From contig OZ024744.1 in assembly GCA_964016885.1 (NCBI GenBank), positions 121,396,001 to 121,460,000 on the forward strand: a stretch of 64,000 bases of DNA. The letters are read 5' to 3'. The translations under genes were made by a program, and so were the position numbers. Below, one piece after another: positions 28,312 to 40,900 of the stretch. This stretch comes from Eledone cirrhosa. Taxonomy: Eukaryota. The stretch's first letter is position 1, and every line of letters begins with the position of its first letter. The notes beneath the pieces are model-generated. The model made no database searches. It was not told the origin of the DNA and saw only the letters and a program-made list of their open reading frames with translations.

Positions 28312-31300
28312 GATGGATGTTGTGAAGAGAGATAGTGTGGGACGGTTGGGTCATGTGTTGAGGAATTATGAAAGTGACTGGGTGAGAGGAATCAGAGGTA
28401 GTGATGGATGTTGTGAAGAGAGATAGTGTGAGATGGTTGGGTCATGTGTTGAGGAAGGATGAAAGTGACTGGGTGAGAGGAATAGAGGTAGTGATGGATG
28501 TTGTGAAGAGAGATAGTGTGAGATGGTTGGGTCATGTGTTGAGGAAGGATGAAAGTGACTGGGCGAGAGGAATAGAGGTAGTGATGGATGTTGTGAAGAG
28601 AGATAGTGTGAGATGGTTGGGTCATGTGTTGAGGAAGGATAAAAGTGACTGGGTGAGAGGAATAGAGGTAGTGATGGATGTTGTGAAGAGAGATAGTCTG
28701 AGATGGTTGGGTCATGTGTTGAGGAAGGTTGAATGTGAATGGGTGAAGGAATAGAGGTAGTGATGGATGTTGTGAAGAGAGATAGTGTGGGACGGTTGGG
28801 TCATGTGTTGAGGAAGTATGAAAGTGACTGGGTGAGAGGAATCAGAGGTAGTGATGGATGTTGTGAAGAGAGATAGTGTGAGATGGTTGGGTCATGTGTT
28901 GAGGAAGGATAAAAGTGACTGGTTGAGAGGAATAGAGGTAGTGATGGATGTTGTGAAGAGAGATAGTGTTAGACGGTTGGGTCATGTGATGAGGAAGGTT
29001 AAAAGTGACTGGGTGAGTGGAATAGATGTTGTGATGGATGTTGTGAAGAGAGATAGTGTGGGACGGTTGGGTCATGTGTTGAGGAAGTATGAAAGTGACT
29101 GGGTGAGAGGAATCAGAGGTAGTGATGGATGTTGTGAAGAGAGATAGTGTGAGATGGTTGGGTCATGTGTTGAGGAAGGATTAAAGTAACTGGGTGAGAG
29201 GAATAGAGGTGGTGATGGATGTTGTGAAGAGAGATAGTGTGGGACGGCTGGGTCATGTGTTGAGGAATTATGAAAGTGACTGTGTGAGAGGAATCAGAGG
29301 TAGTGATGGATGTTGTGAAGAGAGATAGTGTGAGATGGTTGGGTCATGTGTTGAGGAAGGATAAAAGTGACTGGGTGAGAGGAATAGAGGTAGTGATGGA
29401 TGTTGTGAAGAGAGATAGTCTGAGATGGTTGGGTCATGTGTTGAGGAAGGATGAAAGTGACTGGGTGAGAGGAATAGAGGTAGTTATGGATGTTGTGAAG
29501 AGAGATAGTGTGAGATGGTTGGGTCATGTGTTGAGGAAGGATAAAAGTGACTGGGTGAGAGGAATAGAGGAAGTGATGGATGTTGTGAAGAGAGATAGTG
29601 TGAGATGGTTGGGTCATGTGTTGAGGAAGGATAAATGTGACTGGGTGAGAGGAATAGAGGTAGTGATGGATGTTGTGAAGAGAGATAGTGTGAGATGGTT
29701 GGGTCATGTGTTGAGGAAGGATGAGAATGACTGGGTGAGAAGAATAGAGGTAGTGATGGATGTTGTGAAGAGAGATAGTGTGGGACGGTTGGGTCATGTG
29801 TTGAGGAAGTATGAAAGTGACTGGGTGAGAGGAATCAGAGGTAGTGATGGATGTTGTGAAGACAGATAGTGTGAGATGGTTGGGTCATGTGTTGAGGAAG
29901 GATAAAGGTGACTGGGTGAGAGGAATAGAGGTGGTGATGGATGTTGTGAAGAGAGATAGTGTGGGACGGTTGGGTCATGTGTTGAGGAATTATGAAAGTG
30001 ACTGGGTGAGAGGAATCAGAGGTAGTGATGGATGTTGTGAAGAGAGATAGTCTGAGATGGTTGGGTCATGTGTTGAGGAAGGATGAAAGTGACTGGGTGA
30101 GAGGAATAGAGGTAGTTATGGATGTTGTGAAGAGAGATAGTGTGAGATGGTTGGGTCATGTGCTGAGGAAGGATAAAAGTGACTGGGTGTGAGGAATAGA
30201 GGAAGTGATGGATGTTGTGAAGAGAGATGGTGTGAGATGGTTGGGTCATGTGTTGAGGAAGGATATAAGTGACTGGGTGAGAGGAATAGAGGTAGTGATG
30301 GATGTTGTGAAGAGAGATAGTGTGAGATGGTTGGGTCATGTGTTGAGGAAGGATGAGAATGACTGGGTGAGAGGAATAGAGGTAGTGATGGATGTTGTGA
30401 AGAGAGATAGTGTGGGACGGTTCGGTCATGTGTTGAGGAAGTATGAAAATGACTGGGTGAGAGGAATCAGAGGTAGTGATGGATGTTGTGAAGAGAAATA
30501 GTGTGAGATGGTTGGGTCATGTGTTGAGGAAGGATAAAAGTGACTGGGTAAGAGGAATAGATGTAGTGATGGATGTTGTGAAGAGAGATAGTGTGAGATG
30601 GTTCGGTCATGTGTTGAGGCAGTATGAAAGTGCCTGGGTAAGAGGAAAAGAAGTAGTGATGGATGTTGTGAAAAGAGATAGTGTGAGATGGTTGGGTCAT
30701 GTATTGAGGAAGTATGAAAGTGACGGGGTGAGAGGAATAGAGGTAGTGATGGATGTTGTGAAGAGAGATAGTGAGATGGTTGGGTCATGTGTTGAGGAAG
30801 GTTGAATGTGAATGGGTGAAGGAATAGAGGTAATGATGGATGTTGTGAAGAGAGATAGTGTGGGACGGTTGGGTCATGTGTTAAGGAAGTATGAAAGTGA
30901 CTGGGTGAGAGGAATCAGAGGTAGTGATGGATGTTGTGAAGAGAGATAGTGTGAGATGGTTGGGTCATGTGTTGAGGAAGGATAAAAGTGACTGGGTGAG
31001 AGGAATAGAGGTAGTGATGGATGTTGTGAAGAGAGATAGTGTTAGATGGTTGGGTCATGTGATGAGGAAGGTTAAAAGTGACTGGGTGAGTGGAATAGAG
31101 GTAGTGATGGATGTTGTGAAGAGAGATAGTGTGGGACGGTTGGGTCATGTGTTGAGGAAGTATGAAAGTGACTGGGTGAGAGGAATCAGAGGTAGTGATG
31201 GATGTTGTGAAGAGAGATAGTGTGAGATGTTTGGGTCATGTTGAGGAAGGATAAAAGTGACTGGGTGAGAGGAATAGAGGTAGTGATGGATGTTGTGAAG

Positions 31301-34300
31301 AGAGATAGTGTGAGATGGTTGGGTCATGTGTTGAGGAAGGATAAAAGTGACTGTGTGAGAGGAATAGAAGTAGTGATGGATGTTGTGAAGAGAGATAGTG
31401 TGAGATGGTTGGGTCATGTGTTGAGGAAGGATGAAAGTGACTGGGTGAGAGGAATAGAGGTAGTGATGGATGTTGTGAAGAGAGATAGTGTGAGATGGTT
31501 GGGTCATGTGTTGAGGAAGTATGAAAGTGACTGGGTGAGAGGAATAGAGGTAGTGATAGATGTTGTGAAGAGAGATAGTGTGAGATGGTTGGGTCATGTG
31601 TTGAGGAAGGATAAAAGTGACTGGGTGAGAGGAATAGAGGTAGTGATGGATGTTGTGAAGAGAGATAGTCTGAGATGGTTGGGTCATGTGTTGAGGAAGG
31701 TTGAATGTGAATGGGTGAAGGAATAGAGGTAGTGATGGATGTTGTGAAGAGAGATAGTGTGGGACGGTTGGGTCATGTGTTGAGGAAGTATGAAAGTGAC
31801 TGGGTGAGAGGAATCAGAGGTAGTGATGGATGTTGTGAAGAGAGATAGTGTGAGATGGTTGGGTCATGTGTTGAGGAAGGATAAAAGTGACTGGTTGAGA
31901 GGAATAGAGGTAGTGATGGATGTTGTGAAGAGAGATAGTGTGGGACGGTTGGGTCATGTGTTGAGGAATTATGAAAGTGACTGGGTGAGAGGAATCAGAG
32001 GTAGTGATGGATGTTGTGAAGAGAGATAGTGTGAGATGGTTGGGTCATGTGTTGAGGAAGGATGAAAGTGACTGGGTGAGAGGAATAGAGGTAGTGATGG
32101 ATGTTGTGAAGAGAGATAGTGTGAGATGGTTGGGTCATGTGTTGAGGAAGGATGAAAGTGACTGGGCGAGAGGAATAGAGGTAGTGATGGATGTTGTGAA
32201 GAGAGATAGTGTGAGATGGTTGGGTCATGTGTTGAGGAAGGATAAAAGTGACTGGGTGAGAGGAATAGAGGTAGTGATGGATGTTGTGAAGAGAGATAGT
32301 CTGAGATGGTTGGGTCATGTGTTGAGGAAGGTTGAATGTGAATGGGTGAAGGAATAGAGGTAGTGATGGATGTTGTGAAGAGAGATAGTGTGGGACGGTT
32401 GGGTCATGTGTTGAGGAAGTATGAAAGTGACTGGGTGAGAGGAATCAGAGGTAGTGATGGATGTTGTGAAGAGAGATAGTGTGAGATGGTTGGGTCATGT
32501 GTTGAGGAAGGATAAAAGTGACTGGTTGAGAGGAATAGAGGTAGTGATGGATGTTGTGAAGAGAGATAGTGTTAGACGGTTGGGTCATGTGATGAGGAAG
32601 GTTAAAAGTGACTGGGTGAGTGGAATAGATGTTGTGATGGATGTTGTGAAGAGAGATAGTGTGGGACGGTTGGGTCATGTGTTGAGGAAGTATGAAAGTG
32701 ACTGGGTGAGAGGAATCAGAGGTAGTGATGGATGTTGTGAAGAGAGATAGTGTGAGATGGTTGGGTCATGTGTTGAGGAAGGATTAAAGTAACTGGGTGA
32801 GAGGAATAGAGGTGGTGATGGATGTTGTGAAGAGAGATAGTGTGGGACGGTTGGGTCATGTGTTGAGGAATTATGAAAGTGACTGTGTGAGAGGAATCAG
32901 AGGTAGTGATGGATGTTGTGAAGAGAGATAGTGTGAGATGGTTGGGTCATGTGTTGAGGAAGGATAAAAGTGACTGGGTGAGAGGAATAGAGGTAGTGAT
33001 GGATGTTGTGAAGAGAGATAGTCTGAGATGGTTGGGTCATGTGTTGAGGAAGGATGAAAGTGACTGGGTGAGAGGAATAGAGGTAGTTATGGATGTTGTG
33101 AAGAGAGATAGTGTGAGATGGTTGGGTCATGTGTTGAGGAAGGATAAAAGTGACTGGGTGAGAGGAATAGAGGAAGTGATGGATGTTGTGAAGAGAGATA
33201 GTGTGAGATGGTTGGGTCATGTGTTGAGGAAGGATAAATGTGACTGGGTGAGAGGAATAGAGGTAGTGATGGATGTTGTGAAGAGAGATAGTGTGAGATG
33301 GTTGGGTCATGTGTTGAGGAAGGATGAGAATGACTGGGTGAGAAGAATAGAGGTAGTGATGGATGTTGTGAAGAGAGATAGTGTGGGACGGTTGGGTCAT
33401 GTGTTGAGGAAGTATGAAAGTGACTGGGTGAGAGGAATCAGAGGTAGTGATGGATGTTGTGAAGACAGATAGTGTGAGATGGTTGGGTCATGTGTTGAGG
33501 AAGGATAAAGGTGACTGGGTGAGAGGAATAGAGGTGGTGATGGATGTTGTGAAGAGAGATAGTGTGGGACGGTTGGGTCATGTGTTGAGGAATTATGAAA
33601 GTGACTGGGTGAGAGGAATCAGAGGTAGTGATGGATGTTGTGAAGAGAGATAGTCTGAGATGGTTGGGTCATGTGTTGAGGAAGGATGAAAGTGACTGGG
33701 TGAGAGGAATAGAGGTAGTTATGGATGTTGTGAAGAGAGATAGTGTGAGATGGTTGGGTCATGTGCTGAGGAAGGATAAAAGTGACTGGGTGTGAGGAAT
33801 AGAGGAAGTGATGGATGTTGTGAAGAGAGATGGTGTGAGATGGTTGGGTCATGTGTTGAGGAAGGATATAAGTGACTGGGTGAGAGGAATAGAGGTAGTG
33901 ATGGATGTTGTGAAGAGAGATAGTGTGAGATGGTTGGGTCATGTGTTGAGGAAGGATGAGAATGACTGGGTGAGAGGAATAGAGGTAGTGATGGATGTTG
34001 TGAAGAGAGATAGTGTGGGACGGTTCGGTCATGTGTTGAGGAAGTATGAAAATGACTGGGTGAGAGGAATCAGAGGTAGTGATGGATGTTGTGAAGAGAA
34101 ATAGTGTGAGATGGTTGGGTCATGTGTTGAGGAAGGATAAAAGTGACTGGGTAAGAGGAATAGATGTAGTGATGGATGTTGTGAAGAGAGATAGTGTGAG
34201 ATGGTTCGGTCATGTGTTGAGGCAGTATGAAAGTGCCTGGGTAAGAGGAAAAGAAGTAGTGATGGATGTTGTGAAAAGAGATAGTGTGAGATGGTTGGGT

Positions 34301-35159
34301 CATGTATTGAGGAAGTATGAAAGTGACGGGGTGAGAGGAATAGAGGTAGTGATGGATGTTGTGAAGAGAGATAGTGAGATGGTTGGGTCATGTGTTGAGG
34401 AAGGTTGAATGTGAATGGGTGAAGGAATAGAGGTAATGATGGATGTTGTGAAGAGAGATAGTGTGGGACGGTTGGGTCATGTGTTAAGGAAGTATGAAAG
34501 TGACTGGGTGAGAGGAATCAGAGGTAGTGATGGATGTTGTGAAGAGAGATAGTGTGAGATGGTTGGGTCATGTGTTGAGGAAGGATTAAAGTGACTGGGT
34601 GAGAGGAATAGAGGTAGTGATGGATGTTGTGAAGAGAGATAGTGTTAGATGGTTGGGTCATGTGATGAGGAAGGTTAAAAGTGACTGGGTGAGTGGAATA
34701 GAGGTAGTGATGGATGTTGTGAAGAGAGATAGTGTGGGACGGTTGGGTCATGTGTTGAGGAAGTATGAAAGTGACTGGGTGAGAGGAATCAGAGGTAGTG
34801 ATGGATGTTGTGAAGAGAGATAGTGTGAGATGTTTGGGTCATGTTGAGGAAGGATAAAAGTGACTGGGTGAGAGGAATAGAGGTAGTGATGGATGTTGTG
34901 AAGAGAGATAGTGTGAGATGGTTGGGTCATGTGTTGAGGAAGGATAAAAGTGACTGTGTGAGAGGAATAGAAGTAGTGATGGATGTTGTGAAGAGAGATA
35001 GTGTGAGATGGTTGGGTCATGTGTTGAGGAAGGATGAAAGTGACTGGGTGAGAGGAATAGAGGTAGTGATGGATGTTGTGAAGAGAGATAGTGTGAGATG
35101 GTTGGGTCATGTGTTGAGGAAGTATGAAAGTGACTGGGTGAGAGGAATAGAGGTAGTGA
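28312..35159 (+). repeat. Higher-order duplication, period 3603 bp (about 40 monomers); copies approx. 28312-31556 and 31915-35159
   Basis: Constant +3603 offset (28401/32004, 29303/32906, 30476/34079, 31238/34841). Both copies share the private allele ATGTTTGGGTCATGTTGAGG (substitution plus 2-bp deletion) at about 31228 and 34831. Confidence 0.92.
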
Positions 35160-37990
35160 TGGATGTTGTGAAGAGAGATAGTGTGAGATGGTTGGGTCAT
35201 ATGTTGAGGAAGGATAAAAGTGACTGGGTGAGAGGAATAGAGGTAGTGATGGATGTTGTGAGGAGAGATAGTGTGAGATGGTTGGTTCATGTGTTGAGGA
35301 AGTTAGAAAGTGACTTGTTGAGAGTAATAGAGGTAGTGATAGATGTTGTGAAGAAAGATAGTGTAAGATGGTTGGGTCATGTGTTGAGGAAGTATGAAAG
35401 TGACTGGGTGAGAGGAATAGAGGTAGAGATGGATGTTGTGAAGAGAGATAGTGTGAGATGATTGGGTCATGTGTTGAGGAAGTATGAAAGTGACGGGGTG
35501 AGAGGAATAGAGGTAGTGATGGATGTTGTGAAGAGAGAGATAGTGAGATGGTTGGGTCATGTGTTGAGGAAGGTTGAATGTGAATGGGTGAAGGAATAGA
35601 GGTAGTGATGGATGTTGTGAAGAGAGATAGTGTGGGACGGTTGGGTCATGTGTTGAGGAAGTATGAAAGTGACTGGGTGAGAGGAATCAGAGGTAGTGAT
35701 GGATGTTGTGAAGAGAGATAGTGTGAGATGGTTGGGTCATGTGTTGAGGAAGGATAAAAGTGACTGGGTGAGAGGAATAGAGGTAGTGATGGATGTTGTG
35801 AAGAGAGATAGTGTTAGACGGTTGGGTCATGTGATGAGGAAGGTTAAAAGTGACTGGGTGAGTGGAATAGATGTTGTGATGGATGTTGTGAAGAGAGATA
35901 GTGTGGGACGGTTGGGGCATGTGTTGAGGAAGTATGAAAGTGACTGGGTGAGAGGAATCAGAGGTACTGATGGATGTTGTGAAGAGAGATAGTGTGAGAT
36001 GGTTGGGTCATGTGTTGAGGAAGGATAAAATTGACTGGGTGAGAGGAATAGAGGTGGTGATGGATGTTGTGAAGAGAGATAGTGTGGGACGGTTGGGTCA
36101 TGTGTTGAGGAATTATGAAAGTGACTGGGTGAGAGGAATCAGAGGTAGTGATGGATGTTGTGAAGAGAGATAGTGTGAGATGGTTGGGTCATGTGTTGAG
36201 GAAGGATGAAAGTGACTGGGTGAGAGGAATAGAGGTAGTGATGGACGTTGTGAAGAGAGATAGTGTGAGATGGTTGGGTCATGTGTTGAGGAAGGATGAA
36301 AGTGACTGGGCGAGAGGAATAGAGGTAGTGATGGATGTTGTGAAGAGAGATAGTGTGAGATGGTTGGGTCATGTGTTGAGGAAGGATAAAAGTGACTGGG
36401 TGAGAGGAATAGAGGTAGTGATGGATGTTGTGAAGAGAGATAGTCTGAGATGGTTGGGTCATGTGTTGAGGAAGGTTGAATGTGAATGGGTGAAGGAATA
36501 GAGGTAGTGATGGATGTTGTGAAGAGAGATAGTGTGGGACGGTTGGGTCATGTGTTGAGGAAGTATGAAAGTGACTGGGTGAGAGGAATCAGAGGTAGTG
36601 TTGGATGTTGTGAAGAGAGATAGTGTGAGATGGTTGGGTCATGTGTTGAGGAAGGATAAAAGTGACTGGTTGAGAGGAATAGAGGTAGTGATGGATGTTG
36701 TGAAGAGAGATAGTGTTAGACGGTTGGGTCATGTGATGAGGAAGGTTAAAAGTGACTGGGTGAGTGGAATAGATGTTGTGATGGATGTTGTGAAGAGAGA
36801 TAGTGTGGGACGGTTGGGTCATGTGTTGAGGAAGTATGAAAGTGACTGGGTGAGAGGAATCAGAGGTAGTGATGGATGTTGTGAAGAGAGATAGTGTGAG
36901 ATGGTTGGGTCATGTGTTGAGGAAGGATTAAAGTAACTGGGTGAGAGGAATAGAGGTGGTGATGGATGTTGTGAAGAGAGATAGTGTGGGACGGTTGGGT
37001 CATGTGTTGAGGAATTATGAAAGTGACTGTGTGAGAGGAATCAGAGGTAGTGATGGATGTTGTGAAGAGAGATAGTGTGAGATGGTTGGGTCATGTGTTG
37101 AGGAAGGATAAAAGTGACTGGGTGAGAGGAATAGAGGTAGTGATGGATGTTTTGAAGAGAGATAGTGTGAGATGGTTGGGTCATGTGTTGAGGAAGGATA
37201 AAAGTGACTGGGTGAGAGGAATAGAGGAAGTGATGGATGTTGTGAAGAGAGATAGTGTGAGATGGTTGGGTCATGTGTTGAGGAAGGATAAAAGTGACTG
37301 GGTGAGAGGAATAGAGGTAGTGATGGATGTTGTGAAGAGAGATAGTGTGAGATGGTTGGGTCATGTGTTGAGGAAGGATGAGAATGAATGGGTGAGAAGA
37401 ATAGAGATAGTGATGGATGTTGTGAAGAGAGATAGTGTGGGACGGTTGGGTCATGTGTTGAGGAAGTATGAAAGTGACTGGGTGAGAGGAATCAGAGGTA
37501 GTGATGGATGTTGTGAAGACAGATAGTGTGAGATGGTTGGGTCATGTGTTGAGGAAGGATAAAGGTGACTGGGTGAGAGGAATAGAGGTAGTGATGGATG
37601 TTGTGAAGAGAGATAGTGTGGGACGGTTGGGTCATGTGTTGAGGAATTATGAAAGTGACTGGGTGAGAGGAATCAGAGGTAGTGATGGATGTTGTGAAGA
37701 GAGATAGTCTGAGATGGTTGGGTCATGTGCTGAGGAAGGATAAAAGTGACTGGGTGTGAGGAATAGAGGAAGTGATGGATGTTGTGAAGAGAGATGGTGT
37801 GAGATGGTTGGGTCATGTGTTGAGGAAGGATATAAGTGACTGGGTGAGAGGAATAGAGGTAGTGATGGATGTTGTGAAGTGAAATAGTGTGAGATGGTTG
37901 GGTCATGTGTTGAGGAAGGATGAGAATGACTGGGTGAGAGGAATAGAGGTAGTGATGGATCTTGTGAAGAGAGATAGTGTGGGACGGTTC

Positions 37991-40900
37991 GGTCATGTGT
38001 TGAGGAAGTATGAAAATGACTGGGTGAGAGGAATCAGAGGTAGTGATGGATGTTGTGAAGAGAAATAGTGTGAGATGGTTGGGTCATGTGCTGAGGAAGG
38101 ATAAAAGTGACTGGGTAAGAGGAATAGATGTAGTGATGGATGTTGTGAAGAGAGATAGTGTGAGATGGTTCGGTCATGTGTTGAGGCAGTATGAAAGTGC
38201 CTGGGTAAGAGGAAAAGAAGTAGTGATGGATGTTGTGAAAAGAGATAGTGTGAGATGGTTGGGTCATGTATTGAGGAAGTATGAGAGGAATAGAGGTAGT
38301 GATGGATGTTGTGAAGAGAGATAGTGAGATGGTTGGGTCATGTGTTGAGGAAGGTTGAATGTGAATGGGTGAAGGAATAGAGGTAATGATGGATGTTGTG
38401 AAGAAAGATAGTGTGGGACGGTTGGGTCATGTGTTAAGGAAGTATGAAAGTGACTGGGTGAGAGGAATAGAGGTAGTGATGGATGTTGTGAAGAGAGATA
38501 GTGTTAGATGGTTGGGTCATGTGATGAGGAAGGTTAAAAGTGACTGGGTGAGTGGAATAGAGGTAGTGATGGATGTTGTGAAGAGAGATAGTGTGGGACG
38601 GTTGGGTCATGTGTTGAGGAAGTATGAAAGTGACTGGGTGAGAGGAATCAGAGGTAGTGATGGATGTTGTGAAGAGAGATAGTGTGAGATGGTTGGGTCA
38701 TGTGTTGAGGAAGGATAAAAGTGACTGGGTGAGAGGAATAGAGGTAGTGATGGATGTTGTGAAGAGAGATAGTGTGAGATGGTTGGGTCATGTGTTGAGG
38801 AAGGATAAAAGTGACTGTGTGAGAGGAATAGAAGTAGTGATGGATGTTGTGAAGAGAGATAGTGTGAGATTGTTGGGTCATGTGTTGAGGAAGGATGAAA
38901 GTGACTGGGTGAGAGGAATAGAGGTAGTGATGGATGTTGTGAAGAGAGATAGTGTGAGATGGTTGGGTCATGTGTTGAGGAAGTATGAAAGTGACTGGGT
39001 GAGAGGAATAGAGGTAGTGATGGATGTTGTGAAGAGAGATAGTGTGAGATGGTTGGGTCATATGTTGAGGAAGGATAAAAGTGACTGGGTGAGAGGAATA
39101 GAGGTAGTGATGGATGTTGTGAGGAGAGATAGTGTGAGATGGTTGGTTCATGTGTTGAGGAAGTATGAAAGTGACTTGTTGAGAGTAATAGAGGTAGTGA
39201 TAGATGTTGTGAAGAGAGATAGTGTAAGATGGTTGGGTCATGTGTTGAGGAAGTATGAAAGTGACTGGGTGAGAGGAATAGAGGTAGAGATGGATGTTGT
39301 GAAGAGAGATAGTGTGAGATGATTGGGTCATGTGTTGAGGAAGTATGAAAGTGACTGGGTGAGAGGAATAGAGGTACTGATGGATGTTGTGAAGAGAGAT
39401 AGTGTGAGATGGTTGGGTCATGTGTTGAGGAACGATAAAATTGATTGGGTGAGAGGAATAGAGGTAGTGATGGATGTTGTGAAGAGAGATCGTGTGAGAT
39501 GGTTGGGTCATGTGTTAAGGAAGTATGAATGTGACTGGGTGAGAGGAATAGAGGTAGTTATGGATGTTGTGAAGAGAGATAGTGTGAGATGGTTGGGTCA
39601 TGTGTTGAGGAAGGATGAAAGTGACTGGGTGAGAGGAATAGAGGTAGTGATGGATGTTGTGAAGAGAGATAGTGTGAGATGGTTGGGTCATGTGTTGAGG
39701 AAGGATAAAAGTGACTGGGTGAGAGGAATAGAGGTAGTGATGGATGTTGTGAAGAGAGATAGTCTGAGATGGTTAGGTCATGTGTTGAGGAAGGATGAAA
39801 GTGACTGGGTGAGAGGAATAGAGGTAGTTATGGATGTTGTGAAGAGGGATAGTGTGAGATGGTTGGGTCATGTGTTGAGGAAGGCTAAAAGTGACTGGGT
39901 GAGAGGAATAGAGGTAGTGATGGATGTGGGTGAAGAGAGATAGTGTGAGATGGTTGGGTCATGTGTTGAGGAAGGATGAGAATGACTGGGTGAGAGGAAT
40001 AGAGGTAGTGATGGATGTTGTGAAGAGAGATAGTGTGAGATGGTTGGGTCATGTGTTGAGGAAGGATGAAAATGACTAGGTGAGAGGAACAGAGGTAGTG
40101 ATGGATGTTGTGAAGAGAGATAGTGTGAAATGGTTGGATCATGTGTTGAGGAAGGATAAAGGTGACTGGGTGAGTGGAATAGAGGTAGTGATGGATGCTG
40201 TGAAGACAGATAGTGTGGGACGGTTCGGTCATGTGTTGAGGAAGTATGAAAATGACTGGGTGAGAGGAATCAGAGGTAGTGATGGATGTTGTGAAGAGAA
40301 ATAGTGTGAGATGGTTGGGTCATGTGTTGAGGAAGGATAAACGTGACTGGGTAAGAGGATTAGATGTAGTGATGGATGTTGTGAAGAGAGATAGTGTGAG
40401 ATGGTTCGGTCATGTGTTGAGGCAGTATGAAAGTGACTGGGTAAGAGGAAAAGAAGTAGTGATGGATGTTGTGAAAAGAGGAAGTGTGAGATGGTTGGGT
40501 CATGTATTGAGGAAGTATGAAAGTGACGGGGTGAGAGGAATAGAGGTAGTGATGGATGTTGTGAAGAGATAGATAGTGAGATGGTTGGGTCATGTGTTGA
40601 GGAAGGTTGAATGTGAATGGGTGAAGGAATAGAGGTAGTGATGGATGTTGTGAAGAGGGATAGTGTGGGACGGTTGGGTCATGTGTTGAGGAAGTATGAA
40701 AGTGACTGGGTGAGAGGAATAGAGGTAGTTATGGATGTTGTGAAGAGAGATAGTGTGAGATGGTTGGGTCATGTGTTGAGGAAGGATGAAAGTGACTGGG
40801 TGAGAGGAATAGAGGTAGTGATGGATGTTGTGAAGAGAGATAGTGTGGGACGGTTGGGTCATGTGTTGAGGAAGGATAAAAGTGACTGGGTGAGAGGAAT

